In this document: positions 24,431 through 37,920 of the stretch, piece after piece
How the letters are laid out: each line of letters opens with the position of its first letter
Position numbering within the stretch: position 1 is the stretch's first letter
Origin: Octopus sinensis
Taxonomy: Eukaryota
DNA: 64,000 nucleotides
Assembly: GCF_006345805.1 (NCBI RefSeq)
Contig: NC_043004.1
Coordinates: 77,872,001-77,936,000, forward strand
Reading direction: 5' to 3'
The notes under the pieces: model-generated
What the model was told of the DNA's origin: nothing
Seen by the model: only the letters and a program-made list of their open reading frames with translations
The model's database searches: none
Program-made: the position numbers and the translations under genes

Positions 24431-26094
24431 TTCATTATGAAAGCAAGTTTTAACTTCCGTAGAATAAAACAAAAATTCTTATAGAATGACAGAAGTTTTC
24501 ACTTCCACTGTTGCATATGAAAGAACGGGTATTTTCTTAGTGCTTGTAGATGACGTCAGCAAAGAACACGGCAAAACTAGTTTGCAGACAAAATTCTATT
24601 TTTTTTTTCCTGCAGTACAATGGCAGCTCTAATTTAGCAAAAGAAAATGTTGAAAGTTGTGGAGCGATTGTGTGAGGTGACAGCTGGTATGATCAACAAC
24701 AGGAAAAACGCAATCAGTTTCCCATTAGCTGAACCAAAGACTAAAGAATAGGAATCTCTTAGAGGACTCTATTTCTACAAATTAGTGTGCAAGCAGAATG
24801 GAAAAAAAAATTATCAAAGATACCAGAATAAAATAGAAAAGAAAACACAAAGAAATATCAAAATGAGAAAAAAAGAAATGATTTGTAAATATGTCCAAGT
24901 TTGATAGAAGACTGATGTTTCAAAGAATATTCCTGTTAAAAGAAACCAATGTCTTTGTATTGGGAATTCCACAGAAACAGGTGGGGATGGTGAGAGGATA
25001 AGGAGTGTGTTCTGTGATAGAAGTAAAAAAAATAAGTAAAAAAAGAGGCTACAAAAAATTCTTCAATTCTATTGATTTCACTGGCATCTATTGTAAGTTT
25101 GAAGGGCAGCTTTCTTATTCTGACAGATTCCAGAATAGCTATGCTTCCAACAATTCTTAACCAACATTGTCCTGCTGCTTCAGGCAACGCTAACAATGTC
25201 CAATAAAAAAAAATATATATATATAAGCAAACATCAACGTAGAATCAGTGAAGATGTAGTATTGCCTGAATGAGTTTGGTAAGTGAAAGCAACACTTCGA
25301 GCATGTCATTGCGGAAAAGAAAAACAACAAAAAAAGACACCATTTTCCAAAGTCCCAAGTGAATAAACATCATTGAATCTTACACAAAAATGGCTATTTC
25401 TTTAACTGTGCAAAAATTAATGGTCAGATTTGGTAGTTGGTGGCAGATGCAAAAGTTAAAGACTTGCCAGTAAATTATACAATAAAAAAATTTGTGCTTT
25501 GTCAGTTATGATGACAAAGGCTCCAGTTGGCCTGACCAACAGAACAGCCTGCTTGTGAAATTAACATGCAAGTGGCTGAGTATACCAATGATATGCATAT
25601 GCTTAATGTAGTTCTTAACTGGTACTTCATAAATTACATACTTCATCCTATACTGAAATCAAAAAAAATTTTGATAAGCTGAAGGTTTAGCAACTAAAGT
25701 TACTATAAATGCCAAAAAATGTCCAAGAAAGTAAGAAATGGAACAAGTAAAACACACACTACAAATGTTTCATGGAAAAGTGATGCTTGTTATATAAGAG
25801 TTGTAACATACACAAAACCAGCTGAGCACATCTTCAGATTTTAATACCAATAAATTGTTTACATTGTTACGTGGAAATGGACACGCACATGTCTGTGTAT
25901 GTGTACACACAAACTTCCAAATGACTTGACTCCCAGTCCCACTCCCTAGGCATTGGTGAGCCCCAAACTATTGTAGAAGACATTTGCCTAAGGTGGCATG
26001 CAGTAGAACTAAACTTTAAATAACATCATGGTTATGAAGCAAACCTTGTATGTATACAGCCATGCCTGCACTTATCATTCATGCACACACACAA

Positions 26095-26895
26095 TTGAAT
26101 CTTCTACTTGTTTCAGTCATTAGACTGCAGCCATGTTGAAGGATTTTCATCGAACAAATTGAGTCTAGTAGATATTTTTCTATAAGTCTGGTATTTATTC
26201 TATCGAGTGGCCGATGACAGTACTGCCTGATTGGCACTTGTGCCAGTGGAGCGTTAAAAGCATATCTGAGCATGATAGTTGCCAGGGCCACAGATTGGCT
26301 CCCGTGCCAGTGACATGTAAAAAGCACCATTCGAGTGTGATCATTGCCAGCGTTGCCTTACCGGCACATGAAAAACAACATTCGAGTGTGGTTGTTGCCA
26401 GTGGCGCTGGACTGGTTCCTGTGCAGGTAGCATGGAAAAACACCTTTTGAGCATGGTCATTGCCAGAACCACCTAACTGGCTCTTGTGCCGGTGGCACGT
26501 AAAAAGCACCCACTACACTCTCAGAGTGGTTGGCTTTAGGAAGGGCATCCAGCTATAGAAACTTTGTTAGATCAGATTGAGCCTGGTGCAGCCTCTGGCT
26601 CACCAGTCCTCAGTCAAACTGTCCAACCCATGCCAGCATGGAAAGCGGACGTTAAACGATGATGATGATGTGCTTTTTTGCCAAACTGCTAAGTTATGGG
26701 GATGTAAACAACACCAAAACTGGCTGTGAAAGAGTGGGGGTGGGGTGACAAACACACACACATACACGGCAGACTTTTCATTCCATTCACATGGCTTTGA
26801 TTGGCCCTAGTCTATAGTAGAAGGCATGCAGATGGATTGAACCCAGAACCATGTAACTGGTAAACAAACTTCTTACCACACAACCACACCTGCAT
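26095..26895 (-). mobile_element. SINE B interrupted by an opposite-strand RTE 3-prime-tail insertion (26205-26670)
   Basis: SINE tail at 26095-26205 and SINE head/body at 26670-26895 flank a plus-strand (ATG)n-tailed element. Confidence 0.7.
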
Positions 26896-29547
26896 CTATA
26901 TGTGTGTGTGTGTATATACATACATACACATATGAACATATTTACACACACACACACACATTTGTATAAAAACTTTGTATGTAAAGAACTAAAAGTATAA
27001 ATGTATAGATTACAAAATTTAAGCTGAAATTGCAAAGACATACATTATATATATACACACACATAAGTACATGGACAAACACACACACATGTATATATGC
27101 ATAAATGCAACACATATTTACATATACACACATAGAATACACACATGTGTCTATTATACAGCCAAAATAGACACATGGCAAGGTGAAACCACTTAACTGT
27201 TAAAATTCTGAACCATGTTGTTCTTAATTCTTTAAAAAGAAAAAAAAAATGGAAGAAAGATTATGAAGTAAGTCAAATGAACAACTTAATTTCTGCTGAG
27301 AATTTATGTAGAGTACAATTCTTGATTTTAGTAGTTCAATGACCATGTTTTCCATAAATACCTAATATTGTAAGAAATGATCAGAGAATTGAAACTAAAT
27401 TGCTAATGAACCAATGAAAATATCGATCGGAGAAAATAAAAACATTTTTTTCATAAAGCTTTTCTACAAGATATGGTTTTATTGAGACAAACACCAAGAT
27501 CTTTGATACCTCACACTCGGAAGTTTCTAGATATTTTGTGATGTATTTTATATATTTTATATATTCAGATATGATCAGTTCGAAAGCAATAATGGTCGAG
27601 TTAATATCTCGTAACACTGAAAGCGTTCCTATAAAATTCTTTGAGATATAATAAAAAAAAAAACAAGACTAATGTATGAAAAATGCACAGAGCCACAGAG
27701 AGACAGAGGACAGGAAGAAATGACACCCAAGACTAAGCAGATTGAATGCAAAACAAGAACAAAATCCATTTCCAATCGGACTGGTTATTAACAACCCAGC
27801 TGTCAACTAAAGGGAATTACGTAGAACAGAGTTGAAACGAGAACAGTAAAGTAATCATCCGCATCTCTGATTAAAGAAAGACCAAACGACAGGCGTCTCT
27901 AATAATCTTGTATTGATGCACAATTACATCAATACAGCATAGCATAGATGTGTAAAGACATTTGTTTGTAGAGTTATTAAAACAGATTAAGGAGGATTAT
28001 GGTCGTATTTATCTTTGTCTTTAATATGCAGCAGGTAAAAGGATTAAATAGAAGCAGTATCTGAAGTATGAACGTCTAAAACATCAGACTGACTGACATA
28101 TATATTGACAGAAAATCATTCTGTGGTTCTAGCAAATGTGTTTGGTTTTTTATTCAAGGTGAGAAGAGAGAGATTAAAGAAAATTTAGAAAAAGTAGGAA
28201 AACAATCAATCTACAAAAACGAAGCCAAAAAAATTAAATTTTCAAAAATTAAAAGATTAAGGCCAACTTTATGTATGAAGCAAAGAAAGAAAAAGAAAAA
28301 AAAAAACATCAGAGCCGAGAGTTGGATAGGCTGAGCTGAAAGTTCTATAGATATATTAATGGTTCCATAGACAATATCAGACACACATTAATGGTTATGT
28401 GTACATGAATTTATAGACACATTAATGGTTATCAACAAGTAATTTAGAGTCATTGTTTAGGAGCTATAAATATATAGCCATGCCGACACAGTTGAATTTT
28501 GCTACACAAACATGGTCTCAGGTTCAGCCCCACACCGAGACACCTTGGTGTCTTCAACTGTAACCTTGGGCCAACCAAAGCCATATGAGTGAATTTGGTG
28601 AACAAAAATGGCCAGAGGGTAATATTAACTTACTTTGAAACAGGTGAGGGTTAGTAGCAGGAAAGGCATTGAATCATGGAAGAATCTGTCTCAACAAATT
28701 TCATCCAACCCATGCAATCATGGAAAGTAAGCATGTAAATAATGACAACGATGAAGATGGCAGATCATCATCATCATCATCGTTTAACATCCACCTTCCA
28801 TTATAAAACCCTGGCACAAAGCCACCTCCCTCAATACCATTCCCCCCTCCCAGTTGAGGGGTGTTTGTTTAGCAAGTTACTTGGTGACTCCACGGGTACT
28901 GGTGTCGTGTAGAAAGCATCCAGTACCCTGTGTAAAGTGGTTGGCGTTAGGAATGGCATCCAACTGTAGAAACCATACAAAAGCAAGCAATACAGCTTGG
29001 CACAGTCTTCTGGCCTTGCCAATTCTTGTCAAACTGTCCAACCCATGCCAGCATGGAAAACAGACGTTAAATGATGATGATGATAATTGTTAGTCTGACA
29101 AAATATAATTGTATTAGACAAACAATTATGGATTAAATATTTTATTCACTCTCAGACTTATCTATGCATTCTTTATTCTAAGCAGATGGACACATCTTTT
29201 AAACTGGTCACCCCACCACACCCTGAAAACACACACACGTCTTCATGACTAGGTTAAGGAATTATGCAAACATATCTTCTTTGACAAAAAGTTAACTAAA
29301 GAGATCATCTTCCAGTTAACTGTCCTCAATAATCCAGATGCTGCCGGATCAATAAGTTTAGATCAGCTCAGGTCAATTATGTATTTGCTTCAGTTGGTGC
29401 AACGAAGCAGAAGGTTTTAATAAATACAGTTAATCTTCAATGCAGTTCACAACATCAGCAAACTGACATCAACTCATGTCGACCTAGTGTACCAGAAAAA
29501 TCAGCAATTTTTAAACATTGTTCTTGTGTTTGTGTAATATTTATGGC

Positions 29548-30006
29548 TTAGTAAGGCAGTAAGCTGGCAGAAACATTAGCACGCTGGGCGAAATGCTTAG
29601 CAGTATTTCATTTGTCTTTATGTTCTGAGTTCAAATTCCGCCAAAGTCGACTTTGCCTTTCATCCTTTTGGGGTTGATGAATTAAGAACCAGTTGCATAC
29701 TGAGGTCAATCTAATCAACTGGTGTCCTACCCCCAAAATCGGGCCTTATGCCTAGAGTAGGAAAGAATATTTTTAATAACGAATATAAGGTGGCGAGCTG
29801 GCAGAAACGTTAGCACACCGGGAAAAATGCTTAGCAGTATTTTGGCTGTCTTTACGTTCTGAGTTCAAATTCCACCAAGGTCAACTTTGCCTATCATCCT
29901 TTCAGGGTTAATAAATTAAGTACTAGTTGTGTACTGGGGTCGATCTAAGTTGACTGCCCCCCAACTCCCCAAAAATTCAGGCCTTGTGCCTAGAGTAGAA
30001 AAGGAT
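29548..30006 (+). mobile_element. Two tandem SINE family A copies
   Basis: 29548-29770 and 29786-30006, both full length with the gcctagagtag(g/a)aa tail. Confidence 0.85.
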
Positions 30007-30169
30007 ATTTATGGCTGAGTGAGATGAAGAAACACTTAAAAGGATTCAGACTAAATGTTAGGTCAGGATCTTAATCATCTATTTTAGGGCTCTCAACCAT
30101 TTTTTGCCTTTATGAACCCTGACCTTTTTGGGGTCTATTTTACTCTACTGGACCCCCATAGCTATTTGA

Positions 30170-30605
30170 TTTATCTTTTATCTTTTACTTGTTTCAGTCA
30201 TTAGACTGTGGTCATGCTGGGGCACCGCTTTGAAGAATTCGTAGTCGAATGAATTGCACCCCTGGTACTTATTTTTTAAGCCTGGTACTTATTCTATCGG
30301 TCTCTTTTGCCAAACTGTTAAGTTACAGGGACATAAACACACCAACACCGGTTGTCAAATGGTAATGAGGGGACAGACACAAACACATAGGTATACACAC
30401 ACACACATAAATATACATACACACACACACATATATACATATATACGACAGGCTTCTTTCAGTTTCCGTCTACCAAATCCACTCACAAGGCTTAGTCGAC
30501 CCGAGGCTATAGTGGAAAACGCCCAATGTGCTGCCATACAGTGGGACTGAACCCAGAACAATATGGCTAGGCAGCAAGCTTCTTACCACACAGCCACTCT
30601 GGCAC
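30170..30605 (-). mobile_element. SINE family B, full length, nested in a hAT-like MITE (about 30085-30780)
   Basis: Full consensus; the flanks resemble the MITE at 62591-62845 in reverse orientation. Confidence 0.8.
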
Positions 30606-31921
30606 CTATATATGAAAAAAATGCTTTTATATTTTCATAATCAAATATTATCAAGATTTGTACAAAAAAATAAAACTTTTTTGTGCATTCTATAATTATA
30701 ACCAATTTATTGCACAAAAATTTTAACAGCAAAATCTTCTGTGGATCCCCCCAAAGGGTCATATGGACCCTGGTTGAAGAGAGAGAGAGGAAGGGAAAAC
30801 CCCAGATAAGACAAGGAAATAAAGAAAAATACATTTGAGGTTTAAATGTTTTGCCATTAGAATGAAGGTGCAGGCATGGGTTTCGGTTCAGTTCCTCACT
30901 ATGGTACGTTGGGCAAGTACATTATTCCATAGCCTTGTAGAATGGATTTAGAAGATAGAACTTGAAAGAGGTCCATTTGTGTGTGTGTGTGTACCCCCCA
31001 GATTTAACAGTATGTGATAGTTGTAAATGAGCATCACTGTCATACAAGCAGTGTTGTTTGTATGCAATATTCCATGAAAAACATTATTACCATGCTTGGA
31101 AATGAATGAATGTTGGTGACAGGAAAGGCACCCAGCTGTAGAAAATCTGCCGCAATAAATTCCATGGATGGAAAAATGGACATTAAACAATGAGGAGGAT
31201 GATGGTTGTACTACCTGACTCTAGATTTTATGCTCCATAATCATAAGGAACAAAAAAAAAAAAAAAAAACAAACTAGGCCAGCCTGACCTTATTTCATAA
31301 TGTGTTGTCACCAACTTTAATTATTGTAAAATGCAATGCCAACTCAATTTATCAATGTCATAAATATTTAAAGAGAGAAATACTTGAAAGATGATTGGTT
31401 GATTTTTATCAAGATCCTTCCACAGATCCAACTTGATATTTAGAATGACATGTACCGTTATTTGATGACAGCACTAATGATTCAGCTAGGGGAAGCTTAT
31501 GATGCCAAACCAAAAATAATTAGAATCATCATGTTTATTTTTACCTCGATGAGTAGAAGCCATTAAGCTTTAAAAGTTTATTAACATAGGGATGAATAAC
31601 GGTAAACAAACAGCAGTTTGCTATAAAGATGGCGTTTATGTCTGTTTTTGGAGATTTTAATCTCATATTTATTTTATCAACATCAGAAATCTACAAAAAA
31701 AAATGCTTATCATCATCATCATCATCATCGTGGACTTTCTTTTACTGAGAAATTGCACCCCCCCCCCACTGCCAATTCACTTTGATAACTTTTATTCACC
31801 TTCTGTCACAGCTCCTCTGGGGACTGTGGAGACCCAGATTTGTTTGAAACCTTTGGTAACATTTTATGCAGAAAATCATTGTTTGCTTTTCACTGAGACT
31901 TAATAATAATAATAATAATAA

Positions 31922-32130
31922 TAGTAATAATCCTAACTACTATAGACATAAGGCCTGAAATTTGGTGGGAGGGTGGGGCTGGTTAATTACATCAACTCCA
32001 GTGCTTGACTGTTCCTTTATTTCATCAACCCTGAAAGGATGAAAGGCAAAGTTGACACTGGCAGCATTTGAACTCAGATTGTAAAGTTGGAAGAAATACT
32101 GTTTAGCATTTTTCCTGGCACTTAGTGGCA
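31922..32130 (-). mobile_element. SINE family A (degenerate)
   Basis: Core and tail motifs. Confidence 0.7.
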
Positions 32131-32344
32131 TTTCTTGTGACTTTATATCCTGAATTCAAACACAAAAATCCTGCAACTTATTTTATAAACGCAGGAAGAA
32201 CTAAAAACAAAGTTGATTCTGTTAATTCTTGAGCTCAAAATGAAATTAAAGGCTACAGGGTATCTAGTCAGGTACTCTACCGTTTAGTCAAGCAGGCTAC
32301 CATTCTCTACAATAATAATATTTCCAAAATATAGTCTGTGGTGC

Positions 32345-32735
32345 TCCAAAATTATTAACCATCTTACAAACAATAACTCTGAGCACCTTTTTAAACTCCA
32401 CCAGTCTAACACCCGTGGACATGTTTACAAAGTCAGAAAACAGCACAGCTCTCATGACTTTCGGAAACATTTTTTCACGCTAAGAGTTGCTGAAGCATGG
32501 AACAAACTGCCGGCATCAGTTGTTAGTTGTCGGAGCACTGCATCCTTCAAAACTTCCATGCTTCCTGAGATTCGCCAACACTACACCTGATTTTCTCCCC
32601 TCCATACACACGCAAGCATGTATATGACTCATACATTGTTCGCTTCCCAAACATTTGTGCATTACTGCATATGCTTTATATGCACTTTTTGACAAGTTGT
32701 GGTGCACCTGAGCACTGTATACAATAATTTCATTA
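32345..32735 (+). mobile_element. CR1-like LINE 3-prime end
   Basis: IINHLTNNNSEHLFKLHQSNTRGHVYKVRKQHSSHDFRKHFFTLRVAEAWNKLPASVVSCRSTASFKTSMLPEIRQHYT*, then UTR and an (ATT)n tail. Confidence 0.85.
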
Positions 32736-33395
32736 TTATAACCATAGAAAACTATGAAGTGCGGCAGAAAAACCTCCAACATTTTATACAGTTATTGATA
32801 TGGTGCTAATGAAGTTAGATCAAAATTGTGTCTTCACATAGGTAATGATTTACCATTTTTCTTTTATCCAAATACTATGAAGGTCTTGCACTGGTTGACA
32901 TTGTATATAGTTGAAACAGTTATCAAGAACTGTGAATATGCAAAGTTATTTTGCTACACCCGATATGTAAATTTAGAAATATTTTTTATTCCATTTTTAT
33001 AATGTTAATCAATAACATATGTTAAACATTATGATGTTGGATACAAACTAAACATTATTAGAATCAATGTATTGAGTCTATATTGTAAACGTTACAATAA
33101 CATTATTTGATGATATTGTATGATGTACGACTAAAAAGAGAAACAGGGGAACGTTTAATATGTCGACACTGCGTATCTCATCTTGGCAGCAAGTATGGTA
33201 AGGTTTTTAATTGATCAGAAAGGAAACTGACATCATACGGGACAAATCAATAGGATGCTAACTGATGGGTGACAAAATAATGTGGAAATTCCGCGAGATG
33301 CAGCAGTGTTGCAATGTTAAGTATACACATGCAGAAACTAAAAGGGGAATGCGTATTAAATTGTCAGTTTATAGCATACCATAGAGTATGAAGTA

Positions 33396-33436
<41 letters not shown>

Positions 33437-35477
33437 ATATATATATATGGGGGATTTTTTATAAGGAGAAAACAGTAAAGTACTCAATACATACTTGCAG
33501 GGAGCTGTGTTGAATCAGATATAATAATTATATTAACCACACACATGCACAACATAATTGTTTGTTCCTTCTCGTTTCAGTTTCTTGTTTACTGCCTTGT
33601 ACTTGATTGACACTTCATTCCCAAGCAGATGTATATTGAGCTCTAACACCAGGTTATTGCTATCACAATATCTAAGTGAAATATTGAATCTATGTATGTA
33701 TGAATGTATGTATGTATGTATGTATGCATGTATGTATGTATGTATGCATGCATGTATGTATGTATGTGTGTACATACATATGTATGTATGTATGTTTGTA
33801 TACACTATATACACATACACAGGTAAAGAGCAGGCAGTGATAAAAAACATAGATATGAGCAAGCAGAACATTTGATGCAGTCATTTCCAATCTATTGCCT
33901 GCTTTCACTTATGACTAAAAGAAGGTCACTTGGTGTACAAGTTGGATAGTTTCCATGATGAGAATTTAATCAACATACACACACACAAACACACATACAT
34001 ATATGCAAACACACTGATATTGACAGGCACCAGAAAATATCTAAAACAATGAGAATAAACACGGTTTCACTAATTTTTTTTCCTTTTATTTCTGGTAATT
34101 CTAAACATTTTGAGTACAAGTTAGTCAATAGAACATTGATTTCTTTCCCCTCAGTATTTCTAGCAAAGAAACACCTAAATTATATTGGTGTATATCAATG
34201 CTTCAGTTTTGGTTTTTATACCAAGTTAGTTGGTCATAATTACAAGATTAAACCATTACAAGCTTTTAATTTTGAAGGTAAATATGTGTTTTTTTGGTCT
34301 ATAGCAAGACATGTTGGAGAAATAGCAGAGAAATAGCTTTAAAAAAATCCAGGAAAAGTAGAATATAAATAGATATTCATTGTTATGATCATATGAAGAA
34401 GAAGAAGAAGAACAGCGACAGCAGCAACAATAACAAATACTTAAAGATTATTTAAACTGATAAATTGAGGGCTAGCCTTGTGGACCCATGACAGTCTCAT
34501 CATGGTTCCCTTTTGTAGGGAACAGTTTTAGGGCAGGATGTCCTACTTAGTTCCATCTCTTTTCATCAACTCACATATGTTGTTTTAAAACCACATGCCA
34601 TCATCATCATCATCATCATTGTTATTATCATTCGATGTCCATTTTCCATGCTGGCATGAGTCGGTCAGTTTGACAGGATATGATGAGAGTTAGAGGACTG
34701 CAACTTGGTCCAATGTTGGCTTCGGCAAGGTTTCTATGATTGGGCACTGTTTCTAATACCAGCCACTTTACAGAGTGCACTCCATGTTCTTTTTATGTGG
34801 CACCAACACCAGTGAAGTTGCCGTGTAACTCAGAAGACTGAAAAACACCCTCAACTGAGAGGAAAGTAGCTTTCTGTGAGACGTTCAAAGGTTATAGGAT
34901 GACAGAAGGGGCAGGACACAGGTACCTTGCTGTTGAGGGGGTGGATAGCTACCCAACATTATATAAGGGTAGGCAGGAGTAATTGGTGGGGGTGGAGGTA
35001 GAAAGAGAGATAAAGATGGTGGTGATGAGATGTGATGGAGAACCCTCATGGTAGAAAGTGAAAACAATCATCTTCATCGTTCAACGTATGCTTTTCATGC
35101 TAGCATGGGTTGGACAGTTTGACAGGATCTGGCAAGGCCAGGAGCCACACCCGGTTCTGTTCTGTTTTGGCTTGGTTTCTATAGTTGGATGCCCTTCCTA
35201 ATGCCAACTACTTTACAGAGTGTACTGAGCCCTTTTCCTGTGGCACCAGCGCCAGTGCTTTTTATGTGGCAGCAGCACAGGTGCTTTGTATGTGACAGGT
35301 GAAGCTGCTAAATGAAAACATTAAGAAAAATTAACAATGAAGCCCTTCAGAATATTTGGTAGTTTCATCCCACCAACACAACTTAAAAAGAATCCTAGAA
35401 GAAATATATTAAAGATGAAGAATACACAGAATGGTTTTACCACTTCCTTAACAGTGAGGTCCAACTCAACTTTCACT

Positions 35478-35510
<33 letters not shown>

Positions 35511-36339
35511 TCATACATGCAAGTATGCACAAGCATGCTCCCCACCACACACATGTGCATGCGTGTGAAGGTGCATTGGCCAAGCGGTTAGAGTGTCTAC
35601 TTTATGATCATAATGTTGTGGGTTCAATTCCTAGATCAAGTGGCACATTGTCTCCTCGAGTAAGGTACTTTGTTTCACATTGCTCCAGTGTACTCAACGA
35701 AAAAGGAGTACCAGCTGAGTACTAGGGCAGCAGTCCTCACCCTGTAACTGTCACATCCTCAATGTTCTATTATGAGGCCAAGACTGGAAGGTTCGAGTGG
35801 GGGGGGGCGACTACACAGGCACCTAAAATAATTTGTGAAAGCATGGTGCGTTGCCACATTACACCTGCTTGCAAGTGATGGCTACAGATGTGTTTGCGTG
35901 TGTGTGTGTGTACAGTTTACCATAAAGGTAAAACATCAGCACATAATAGCACTAGAAAGCTATATGCCATGTCAAAGGTCTTCCTTCATAAATTCCAAGC
36001 AATTAAACTATTAAGCAAAGAAACGAAACAAAAACAGACTAATTTTCTTTATCATTTAACCTCATTCTTTATCAAATGATGCCGAACCCTTCCCAGTTTG
36101 ATGTACTGAAATTCTAATTTCTTATTTATTGAAATGTTCATCACATACATACACCCACCCACAAACACTCACACAGTCACAGACACACGCTCACATGCAT
36201 GCACCATTTACTGAAACTGTAGAATTACAATCAATATCAAATATTATAACTCTGACTTTCTTATTTTCTCTATTTCCTTTCAATATCGACTCACACACAC
36301 ACACACAAATAATATTCAAAGAACACAAATGGGGTTTAA

Positions 36340-36425
36340 AATTTACAACAGCTGTTTCGGTAGATCTTCACTGAAGTATTCATTGATTACATCATAGCAT
36401 CAATCCACCATCTTCAGGCAAAATT
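36340..36425 (-). ncRNA. Type-I hammerhead ribozyme (Penelope-like, palindromic stem III)
   Basis: Minus strand: aattttgc-CUGAAGA-U-GGUGGAU..37 nt..AUCUACC-GAA-ACAGCUGU-U-guaaauu. Core intact, 7-bp stem II with one G.U, self-complementary ACAGCUGU stem III, stem I pairs with one bulge; predicted cleavage between 36347 and 36346. Confidence 0.7.
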
Positions 36426-36427
36426 TC

Positions 36428-36530
36428 AAGACTTTTTCACTTCCCAAGCGTTAAACTAATACATCTGTTTGTTGTCTACACCACCTGTCTTTGTCTTTTG
36501 TTTTTTTTCGTAAACTCTCCCTATATATAT
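36428..36530 (+). repeat. Interspersed repeat end abutting (AT)n; second copy at about 54615-54705
   Basis: agcgtta(a/t)actaatacatctgtttgtt..tacaccacctgtctt.gtcttttgtttttt.cgtaaactctcc is shared by both sites. Confidence 0.7.
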
Positions 36531-36532
36531 AT

Positions 36533-36768
36533 TTCTTTACTGCCTACAGGGGGCTAAACATAGAGGGGACAAAGAAGTACAGACAAACGGATTAAGTCAA
36601 TTACATCAACCCCAGTGCATAACTGGTACTTATTTAATCAACCCCGAAAGGAAGAAAGGCAAAAGCAAAGTCGACCTCAGTGGAATTTGAGCTCAGAACA
36701 TAACGGCAGATGAAATACTGCTAAGCATTTCACCCAGTATGCTAACAATTCTGCCAGCTTGCCGCCTT
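36533..36768 (-). mobile_element. SINE family A, alternative-tail variant
   Basis: Family A head and core with a different tail (..ctctatgtttagccc..gtag.tagtaaagaaa), also seen at 42485-42712. Confidence 0.8.
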
Positions 36769-36769
36769 T

Positions 36770-37190
36770 ATGTATCATCATCGTTTAACGTCCATTATCC
36801 ATGCTGGCATGGGTTTGACTGGGCTGGCACGCTGGAAAGCTCCGCCTGGATCCAGTCTGATTTGGCATGGTTTTCTACAGCTGGATGCCTTTCCTAACAC
36901 CAACCACCCTGAGAATGTAATGGGTGCTTTTACGTGCCACTGGCATGGGTGCCATTTGCGTGACACTGGTATCTGCCACAACTGTGATTTTGCATGACAT
37001 AATGCCAAAGGTCTTGGCCATTGCCTCTGTGAGACCCAACACTCGAATGGAACTTAGCCATTTTGCCTCCTTGAGTCCCAATGCTCGAAAGGAACTCACC
37101 CACCGCACCTCTGAGAGGCCCATTTAAAAGGAATTCAGCCACCTTGCCTCTATGATGCCCAACTCTGAAAAGGAACCCAGCCACTCTGCC
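36770..37190 (-). mobile_element. RTE 3-prime fragment with a ~40-bp tandem amplification of the LR.LGL.EA coding segment
   Basis: FRALGLKEAKWLSSIRVLGLTEAMAKT..; about four related units at 37020-37190. Confidence 0.6.
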
Positions 37191-37504
37191 TATACATATG
37201 ATCCCTTACATATTTTGAAATGCTTTGACTGAAGAAGTTTTATATACTGGGTGCATTTCCTATTATATCCTATGCAGACCTGAAATGTAAATATTAAATG
37301 ATTTCATAATATCACTAAAATAAATACATATATGTATGTGTGTGTTTATTTATTTTAATCAGAGGAAATTTTTTATTCATAAACTGTTTATATGACACTG
37401 CACTTCTAGTGTTCAATCTTATTCATTTTTTATAATTGTCTAAAGACTAGGAACGAGAACTGAAGCAATTGGACGAAGAATTTGTGAAGATTCAGAAATT
37501 AGTC

Positions 37505-37920
37505 ATCAGCGTTGCCTTACTGGCACTTGTACCCGTGCTAGTAGGGTGCCAAGAGCACCATCCGAGCATGATCGTTGCCAGAGCAGCCAACTGGCTTCCG
37601 TGCCAGTGGCACGTAAAAAGGCACCATTTGAGTGTGATCGTTACCAACATTGCCTTACTGGCACCTGTGCTGATGGCATGTGTAAAAAGATTTGAGCGAG
37701 GTTGTTGCCAGTGCTGCCTGACTGACCCCCGTGCCGGTGGCACGTAAAAAGCAACCACTACACTCTCGGAGTGGTTGGCATTAGGAAGGGCATCCAGCTG
37801 TAGAAACTCTGCCAAATCAAGATTGGAGCCTGGTGCAGCCATCTGGTTCGCCAGCCCTCAGTCAAAATCGTCCAACTCATGCTAGCATGGAAAGCAGACG
37901 TTAAACGATGATGATGATAT
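37505..37920 (+). mobile_element. RTE 3-prime-UTR-derived repeat
   Basis: Same family with (ATG)n tail. Confidence 0.8.

Noticed and set aside
24936-25196. 86-aa minus-strand ORF in unique sequence
   Set aside because: No recognisable homology, weak acceptor and no donor.
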